A stretch of 64,000 nucleotides of DNA from Octopus sinensis. Lineage: Eukaryota. The stretch covers positions 70,122,001-70,186,000 of the forward strand of contig NC_043007.1 of the NCBI RefSeq assembly GCF_006345805.1. Direction: 5' to 3'. A program made the translations under genes and the position numbers. The notes beneath the pieces were generated by a model. The model searched no databases and was not told the DNA's origin. It was given only the letters and a program-made list of their open reading frames with translations. Shown here piece by piece: positions 55,986-64,000 of the stretch (position 1 is its first letter; each line of letters starts with the position of its first letter).

Positions 55986-56591
55986 CAGCCTATGGTTATA
56001 TGAATTTGCATTTATAAGTGCAGATGTTATTCTTTGTATGAGACATTGGGTGATCAACACCCGCTGTATTTTCTTACATCTGACCAAATACATTTGTTTC
56101 ATTAAAGTGAACTCAGACTTTAAATATATTCATAGTAAAGACTAGTTCCTTCCTCCGCTTCGAAGGTATTCAATTTTCACATGTTTAGAGTTGCTACAAT
56201 AGCAATTATGTTCGGTGTTGCCGAAAATGCAAATTTTACAGTAACCCAAATGAAAATCCTACTATAATTGTTTGAAGGTATTAAAGAATTTCCATGGGTA
56301 ATCTGTGGCTACCTGAACTGCGCACGAACCATTATATAAAGTAATCCGTCTTTATATGCCCTAATATTCTTGGGCTTGTTCTCATAATTAACATTAGTGT
56401 TGCTATTAGTTAGTATGTTGTCGTTTATAATGTTGCAGGGACAGATGCGCCCGTTTCCTTCTTTCAACTGTTATTCTTATTACCAGAGCTCTCATGCTAT
56501 GACTTTCGCAGATAAACCGGACCAATACAGGACATACACAATTATATGTGCCATGCATTTCTTTAGTTTGTTATTTTTTATTATTATTTAT

Positions 56592-56875
56592 GCGCCCTTT
56601 TCAAGCCTAGCCAGGCTCATGGGCCCGGTTTCCCGGTTTCTATGGCGTATGTGTTCCCCCCAGCTGGATGGAACGCCAGTCCATCGCAGCATTATCCAAG
56701 AAACAGGAAGAAAGAGTGAGAGAAAGTTGGGGCGAAAGAGTATAACAGGGGTCGCCACCACCCCCTGCCGGAGCCTCGTGGAGCTTTAGGTGTTTTCGCT
56801 CAATAAGCACACACAACGCCCGGTCTGGGAATCGAAACCCCGATCCTCCGACCGCGAGTCCGCTGCCCTAACCAT
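56592..56875 (-). mobile_element. SINE family C, tail module 1
   Basis: Reverse complement of 42524-42818. Confidence 0.9.
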
Positions 56876-56967
56876 TCTTATGCTCATTTTTATCTGGTAT
56901 AATTCTCCCACTAATTCTTAAAAGCTTTTGCGTTTGCTTTTAGCTTGTTTTTGTTTTTCTTTTGTTT

Positions 56968-57290
56968 GTTTGCTTCAGTTATTAAACTACGGTCATGCAT
57001 GGACATCGCCTTGAAAAATTTTTTTAGTCGAATGAGTAGACCCTGGTACTTATTTTATCTGTCAGTTTTATCGAACCGTTAAGTTACGGGGACGTAAACA
57101 CGCCAACGCCAGTTGTCAAGCGGTGGTCACACACACGCACACACACGTATATATACATATACACATACACAAGACGGACTCCTTTCAGTTTCAAAATCCA
57201 CTCACAAGGCTTTGGTCGGACCGAGGATATGATAGAAGACACTTGCTGTCACGCACTGAAACCGGAACCATGTGGTTGGGAAACAAACAT
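56968..57290 (-). mobile_element. Diverged SINE family A
   Basis: Reverse core aaatccactcacaaggctttggtcgg. Confidence 0.75.
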
Positions 57291-57303
57291 GTGTGTGTGT
57301 GTG

Positions 57304-57336
<33 letters not shown>

Positions 57337-57561
57337 TGTATGTGTGTGTGTGTGAGTGTGGATATCATTTGCTGTTAGTGGCGCTAGGAAAGGATGTGAC
57401 AAGCTTTCTTTTATTACTAACATTAAAAACTTCAAATTTTTCTTCATTTCAAGGGATGCGCATGCGTACACTGCTGCTGCTGCTGCTGCTGTTGTTGTTG
57501 TTGTCGTTGCTGTTGTTTACCTTACCTCGTCATGGTTCGAGCTGATATTAGTGCATTCTGT

Positions 57562-58330
57562 AAGGCGGTGAGCTGACAGAATCGTTAGCACGCCGGGCGA
57601 AATGTTCAGCAGTATTTCGTCTGTCTTTACGTTCTAAGTTCAAATTCCGCCGAGGTCGACTTTGCCTTTCATCATTTCGGGGTTAATAAATTAAGTACCA
57701 GTTACGCATTGGGGTCGATATAATCGACTTAATCCGTTTGTCTGTCCTTGTTTATCCTCTCTGTGTGGGTAGTAAAGAAATAGGTATTTCGTCTGCCGCT
57801 ATGTCTGAGTTCAAATTCCACCGAGGTCGACTTTGCCTTTCATCATTTCGGGGTTAATAAATTAAGTACCAGTTACGCATTGGGGTCGATATAATCGACT
57901 TAATCCGTTTGTCTGTCCTTGTTTATCCTCTCTGTGTGGGTAGTAAAGAAATAGGTATTTCGTCTGCCGCTATGTCTGAGTTCAAATTCCACCGAGGTCG
58001 ACTTTGCCTTTCATCCTTTCGGGGTCGACTAAATAAGTACCAGTTACACACTGGGGTCGATGTAATCGACTTAATCCCTTTGTCTGTCCTTGTTTGTCCC
58101 CTCTATGTTTAGCCCCTTGTGGGCAATAAAGAAATAAGAATCGTTAGTACGCTGGACGAAGTGTTTGACGGTTTTCGCCTGTCTTTACGTTCTGAGTTCA
58201 AATTCCGCTGTGGTTGACTTTGCCTTTCATCTTTTCGGGTTCGATAAATTAAGTAGTAGTGGAACAGGGGTCGATGTAATCGACTTGTCTCCTACCCCAA
58301 CAAATTTCAGGTTTTGTGTCTTTAGTAAAA
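57562..58330 (+). mobile_element. Tandem array of four SINE family B units
   Basis: ttcaaattcc at 57639, 57810, 57981 and ~58197. Confidence 0.9.
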
Positions 58331-58959
58331 AGGGTGTTAGTGCATTTTGTCAACAAACTATATTTTTCTACTTTTTTGTTTTGTTTTGTTTTTTTTCTTG
58401 TTTTCTACTCGAAGGTGAAGAGATCTGTGACTTGAAAAAAAAATCTTCGGTTGAATGCAAACACAAAGAGAACTGAGAAATAGTCCAGAAATGACAAACC
58501 TTTATTTCTCACCGTTATGGGAGAGGTTTACGAAATCCAGAATTTCTCAGAAGATGAAATTAATTGAAGAATTACAGCTAAGTTCTTAATTGTGTTTAAT
58601 TTAAATAGCTATTTTCTTCAAGTTTTCTCTTTGGCAAAGAAGTGAAAGTCTACCTCTACCCTAATGAATGATCAACGAACCATGAAAGACAATCTCTTTG
58701 AAAACTGAGGCCATAAAAGCATTCTTTACATCTGTTTTTACATTTCCTTAGAGTGTCACAGCAGACAATTTAATGGCTATGGTTTACTTGATTTAAATTT
58801 AACTATGAGTTTTAAAACAAAAGGTCTGGGTTTTGTTTTCTTTTTTGCAGTCATGCTTGGTGAATATCCAATTGTGCAGAACGAGGAGTCGCTCATCAGA
58901 CGTCAAATCCAAAGCAAAATGATTTCGCCTGTGTAGGATGAATAATAGGAAGAAAATGT

Positions 58960-58961
58960 TA

Positions 58962-58997
<36 letters not shown>

Positions 58998-59205
58998 AAA
59001 GAGGAAGAGGAGGAGGAGGGAAGGACCAGGAAGAGCAGCAGCAACAACACAGTGGTGGTGGTGGTGGTGGTAGTAGTAGTATAGTAGTAGTTGTAGTAGT
59101 AGTAGGAGGAGGAGGAGGAGGTGGTGGTGGTGGTGACGGTGGTGGTGGTGGAGGAGGAGGAGGAAGAGGAACTGCAACACTATAGTAGTAGTAGTAGTAG
59201 TAGAT
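58960..59205. repeat. Compound (AGT)/(GGA)/(GGT) repeats
   Basis: Direct reading. Confidence 0.9.
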
Positions 59206-59533
59206 GGTGGTGGGGATATGGTGTCTGTATTTATTTTGTACCAAAATTGTTTGATATCCTTGTATCGTAGAAGCCAAGGAATCTATTAATTATCAATCAA
59301 ATATTTCTTTTTTTTTTTTTTCAAAGTAAATAATATTCAAATAATGAGCAAACGGTGGAATTTAAAGTGCTAATTTGATTTTTAATTTGTATTGATCCAA
59401 TTACGTTGTAGCGGCGAAGCTGAAATGCTAAAACTTCAATAAAATTGCAGTAACTACGTTGCTGACTAATTCAGTGAGATGATGGTAGTGAACAGGATGA
59501 TCCATCGAGACGCCGTGGCTCGATGGATTATTA

Positions 59534-59614
<81 letters not shown>

Positions 59615-59616
59615 TT

Positions 59617-59775
59617 ATTACCTCCGCCTTGTCAGTTTTGTTTGTTTGTTTGTTTGTTTGCCCGCTGGATGGATTCGGATGAAAATTTCAGGGATGTTTT
59701 GCCTCGTGACTGGCACAAACTGATTAGATTTTGGGATCGATCCAGTACCGTTCAAGGATTCTAGATTATTTTTCC
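59617..59775 (+). mobile_element. Probable Helentron-associated non-autonomous (HINE/DINE-like) fragment
   Basis: ttacctccgcc start, (GTTT)n tract, gatggatt..gatgaaaattt and gattagattttgg layout. Recalled pattern only. Confidence 0.45.
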
Positions 59776-59782
59776 CGCTTTT

Positions 59783-60375
59783 TTAATTTAACAGTTCTAC
59801 TAGGCACTCTATTCCAATTTCCTTTACATTCCTCTTGATGCCTTCTGATACTGTTCCCAAGGATCCAACAATAATTGGCACTATCTTCACCGTCTTCATT
59901 TTCCTTAGCTGGGCTATTTCGTACTTAAGCAGGTTGTATCTATCTTTTCGCCTTCCTTCTTGACTATCCATGGGTCAAAGAGGCATGCACCTTCTCCAGC
60001 ACCACTAGGTACGGTCTAGCACCTGATTTTTTTGGATTGGGAAATCCCAGAGAATTTTGCTAATCTCCGACTCCGCCACTCACTGCGGCTTGTCCTCATA
60101 CCACATCTTGCCTCTCTCTAGCCCCCACTTTTTGCACAGTTTCCAATGTAGCACTTTCGCTACCTGGTCGTGTCGCCACAACTTGTAGTGGTTTTGGGCA
60201 AGTCAAGAGCATTCGTTCGTGATATGGGCAATGGTTTCATCCACCCTATTGCAGATGCGACACAGCGGCGACACTTACTCATTCCTAAGGTTCGTGGCCA
60301 AACCTTGGTCTTGCGCTGCCAGTATAGTGCTCTCGGTTTCTTTTTTAATGTTCCTTTCATCAGCCAATACCACAT
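59783..60375 (-). mobile_element. R4/Dong-clade fragment (zinc knuckle and endonuclease)
   Basis: WLMKGTLKK, ESTILAAQDQ, CRIC..ETIAHI..C, RHDQVAK, ILWDFPIQ and VPIIVGSLGTV across frameshifts. Confidence 0.85.
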
Positions 60376-60384
60376 GTTGTTGTT

Positions 60385-60419
<35 letters not shown>

Positions 60420-60444
60420 TATTATTATTATATTATTATTATTA

Positions 60445-60477
<33 letters not shown>

Positions 60478-60493
60478 TATTATTATTATTATT

Positions 60494-61041
60494 GAGTGAG
60501 AGAGCAGTGCATGCCATCAAAGTGACACTGGGGTAAAATATACGAAGTCCAATATTACCCATCATGACTACTCATCTGATAGCGGTATACCAGACACATG
60601 CATCACAACAGTATGTGCGCAACATGGGGATCTCATATCAAGATAAGCAGCGCATGACCTTGCAGATGGGGCTCAATTAGAATTTTTTTCAGGTCGAGTA
60701 GCCTATCCACCTAAAAAGGTCCCTGAATAGGGATTGTTTACGGATGTTGAGCGACATACCCATGTTTCCAGAGGTGAATTATCCAAACCTCAAAGAATTC
60801 CTCTCAAAACACGGCTATGATGCTCCCCCACTACTTCTCCTTGTGATCAGAGATGCACATATCGTCAGCCACTAAAGGACATGCTCAACTGGTTACGGTC
60901 AAGCAACTAACAAGCAAATCTATGGTACTGAGCTGAATATCTGCTGCAGCCCATCTTTTATACCAAAACAAAACAATGTACATGATAACACTTCCAATCA
61001 GTTAAGATTGGAGATCCACTACCTGGTGCTGCATCAGGGCA
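60494..61041 (-). mobile_element. ~550-bp (AAT)n-associated element, copy 4
   Basis: Full length, gagtgagagagcag to catcagggca, between TTA and ATC repeats. Confidence 0.9.
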
Positions 61042-61369
61042 TTATCATCATCATCATCATCATCATCATCATAAAGTAATAGGATGAAGCTCATCATATT
61101 CTAAATCTCACTTAAATAAAGATTTACACTGTATATTGTAAGCCGAGGACACAGTCACCAATTCTACATTACGCCAGATCACCTTTACCAAGAGCAAATA
61201 TACAAGTTAGCCGTCGACGCTTAGTTTCTGGTCGGCTGTTCGACATTCGATCACTTCGATCAGCTGTTTGATCCCGTTGTTTTTGCAGGATATATGTCTG
61301 TGTGTGTGCGCGCGCGCGTGTACTTTTATGCGTTATGCGTTTGTATATACATATATATATATATATATA

Positions 61370-61565
61370 TGGTTTCAAATTTTGGAACAAGGTCAGCATG
61401 TTTGGGAGAGAGGTAAGTCGATTACATCGACACCAGTGCTCAATCGGTATGTATTTCATCGACCCCGAAAGGGTGAAAGAATGAATTTGGACTCAGAATG
61501 CAAAGACGGACAAACGTCATGAAGCATTTCGCCCGGCTTGCTAACAATTCTGCCAGCTCCTCGTC
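61370..61565 (-). mobile_element. SINE family B
   Basis: Reverse core and head. Confidence 0.8.
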
Positions 61566-61594
61566 TTGTATACATACATACATACATACATACA

Positions 61595-61621
<27 letters not shown>

Positions 61622-61625
<4 letters not shown>

Positions 61626-62622
61626 GAGATAGTATCAAAAAGTTCCAGGACCAGTTCTGTAGCGCACCAACAGATGACAGCACATGGCTGCTTGCGCAGT
61701 GAGAGCTAGCAGTGCCGTTCATGAGGCAGTGTTCCAAGTGACATCGCTGTGTTTACTTTACAAGTAGTGAAATTTGTTTTTTGTGATCACGTGTATGCTG
61801 TAGTCTGCGATTTTGTCATGAACAAGAGGTTGGAACAAGGAACCAACGTGAAATTTTGCGTTAAACTTGGGACGTCTGCTACAGAGACATTGAGCATGCT
61901 TCGACAAGCTTACGGCGACGAGGCTATGGGTTGTATGCAATGTTTCGAGTAGCACGAGTGCATCAAAAGGGGACACTGTCCCTGGGAAGACGATGAGCTA
62001 TCTGGAAAACCTGCCACGAGTGTTACCCCCGAAATATGGAGAAAATTCATCAGCTGAGGATCTTCGAAAGAAAACCTACGACATTGCTGATGCTGTTTGT
62101 GTATGCAATCCTAAAGTATGAATTAAACTTGCGGCGTGTCTCTGCCAAGTTTGCATCCCGCCTGCTGACCACTGAGCAGGAGGAATGAAGTCTGTCAAGA
62201 ACTCCATCAGTGTGCCTCTGATAACTTATCCTTCGTGTCGAGGATATCACCGGTGACGAGAGTAGGGTCTATGGGTACGACGCTGAGACGAAACAGCGGT
62301 CGTTACAATAGAAGAGCCCTTCATCTCTACGACCGAAGAAGGCACGACAGAGCCGCACGCTCAATCAAGAGCATGCTCATCGTTTTTGTTTTTAGACATC
62401 CGCAGTATTATGCATCAAAAGTTCGTCCTCTAGAACCAGACCGTTAATTGAGGGTTCTACAGCGACGTTTTGAAGCGTTTGAGAGAGGACAATTGGCGAA
62501 AGCGACCGGATCTGTGGAGCGCAAAGAATTAGATTCTTCACGACAGCAATGCACCTTGCCACTGATCTCTCCTCAGTCGTGAGTTTCTTGCCAAAAACAA
62601 CCCACCCTATTCGTCAAATTTA
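61622..62622 (+). mobile_element. Decayed mariner transposon
   Basis: EQGTNVKFCVKLGTSATET..AYGDEAM, AKFASRLLT, ITGDES..YGYD.ETK, HDSNAPCH, PPYS with stops and frameshifts. tcaaaaagtt terminal motif. Confidence 0.9.
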
Positions 62623-62942
62623 GAACTATACACAAATTTAGAACTGTACACACGTCTAATTTTATGAGGACAATCCGTATATAGTTCTACGAATTATATT
62701 GAATAGGAACGATCGTACTGAAGAGTCCACGGACGATGATTACGTAAGTAAAATCGTTAATGACGAAATCGGTCTACGATTAATTCTGTATTTTGTATAT
62801 TTTCATTTGTCTTACCCGCTTATGTTCTGGCGTTGGCTGAATTTCTCTAGAGAACATTCTTTTCTTTGTGGTAAGATCGTAGGTGATCTTCTTCTAGCAT
62901 ATTGGATGTCCACTTAGTGGTCATCTCTTATTATACGCATAT

Positions 62943-62947
<5 letters not shown>

Positions 62948-63017
<70 letters not shown>
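62948..63017. repeat. (TA)n microsatellite
   Basis: Direct reading. Confidence 0.95.
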
Positions 63018-63018
<1 letters not shown>

Positions 63019-63914
63019 CGCGCATACATACAAATATATATACACATATAATATACGCGCGTGTGCGTGTGTATACATATATGCACCCATATTCCTCCAG
63101 ACGCTTTTTAAACCCACACTTCTCTGTTCCTACCTATTGATTAAGAAGATATTTTGACTGATGACTTTATTCACGTGGAATTGATGATATTTCGACTTGG
63201 CAACGGGTGATCACTCGGAATTATTGCACAGAAGCCTTAAGAAAACACACACAACGTTAAAATAATTATGCCTTTAATTAATGTGGTTTATTAACTGAAA
63301 AAATACTTCAAAAGATATGACTGAAAATTCAAGCTTAGGTGTTGTAGAGAAAAAAGGATTATAATTAAAAAGCTAATTTAAGAAGTTAATTACGGCTTTG
63401 TAACAAACTATTGATGATGGTGTTGATGTAGACACGCTCACAGAGTTCACCCCCAGGAAAGTTATTCTATAACCATAAATTATGTTACTTTTGGTGAAAG
63501 TTTATAAGTTAATCACCGAATTTAATGATTAACCTCTAATATTCAACTACTCTGGTTCTAGTTCCGTCATTGCATCGGAATAACACCTCGTATTCTAAAA
63601 TCTTTACTGCTGGCTTTTTTTTACCCGCGAAACAAATACATGGAACATCATCAGAAGAAAAACATATTGTAGAACACCGGATTTAAAAACAACGTTATAG
63701 TATTTAGAGTTGTTATAAAATTGCTGTTTCAAGTTCCAGTGTGATCAGCTTTGTCTCTCAACCCTCCCCCATTCGAAATATATTGATATGATACCATAAG
63801 AATTTATAATACCTCTAGAATTTATGCACATCTCTGCTTAGCCTTGTCACCCTGTATTTTATTTACGGCAAGCCGCTGACTAGTATAAGTAGTCATTGAA
63901 CTTTTTTTCTTTTT

Positions 63915-64000
63915 TTCGCCCTTTTCAAGCCTAGCCAGAGTCATGGGCCCGGTTTCTGTGGCGTATGTGTTCCCCCCAGCTGGACGAGACTTCAGTCCAT
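63915..64000 (-). mobile_element. SINE tail module 1, cut by the window edge
   Basis: cgcccttttcaagcctagcc matches 56592 onward. Confidence 0.85.

Noticed and set aside
57639-58200. Regularly spaced repeats resembling a CRISPR array
   Set aside because: Intervening sequence is itself repeated; these are tandem SINE units in eukaryotic DNA.

Overview
AT-rich, microsatellite-dense eukaryotic DNA with no intact protein-coding gene that I can support. It reads as a gene desert or the inside of a giant intron. The repeat content resembles an octopus/coleoid cephalopod genome; this is recalled pattern recognition, not a search result. Most ORF-track entries are translated simple repeats or antisense SINE reads. 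Recognisable content: decayed Tc1 and mariner transposons; R4/Dong-type, RTE-like and Penelope-like retroelement relics; three tRNA-derived SINE families; a ~550-bp non-coding element always inserted in (AAT)n; two copies of a GG-ended MITE with 8-bp TSDs; a TTAA-flanked MITE; and several fold-back structures. Best leads: (1) two + strand polypyrimidine-CAG|GTAAG motifs (19295/6 and 38080/1) that look like recursive splice sites; (2) twin near-perfect palindromes at 44993-45443, plus (TA)n-bounded elements with degenerate minimal-hammerhead motifs; (3) the (AAT)n-targeted non-autonomous retroposon; (4) head/tail module swapping among SINEs. Coordinates of decayed elements are approximate.
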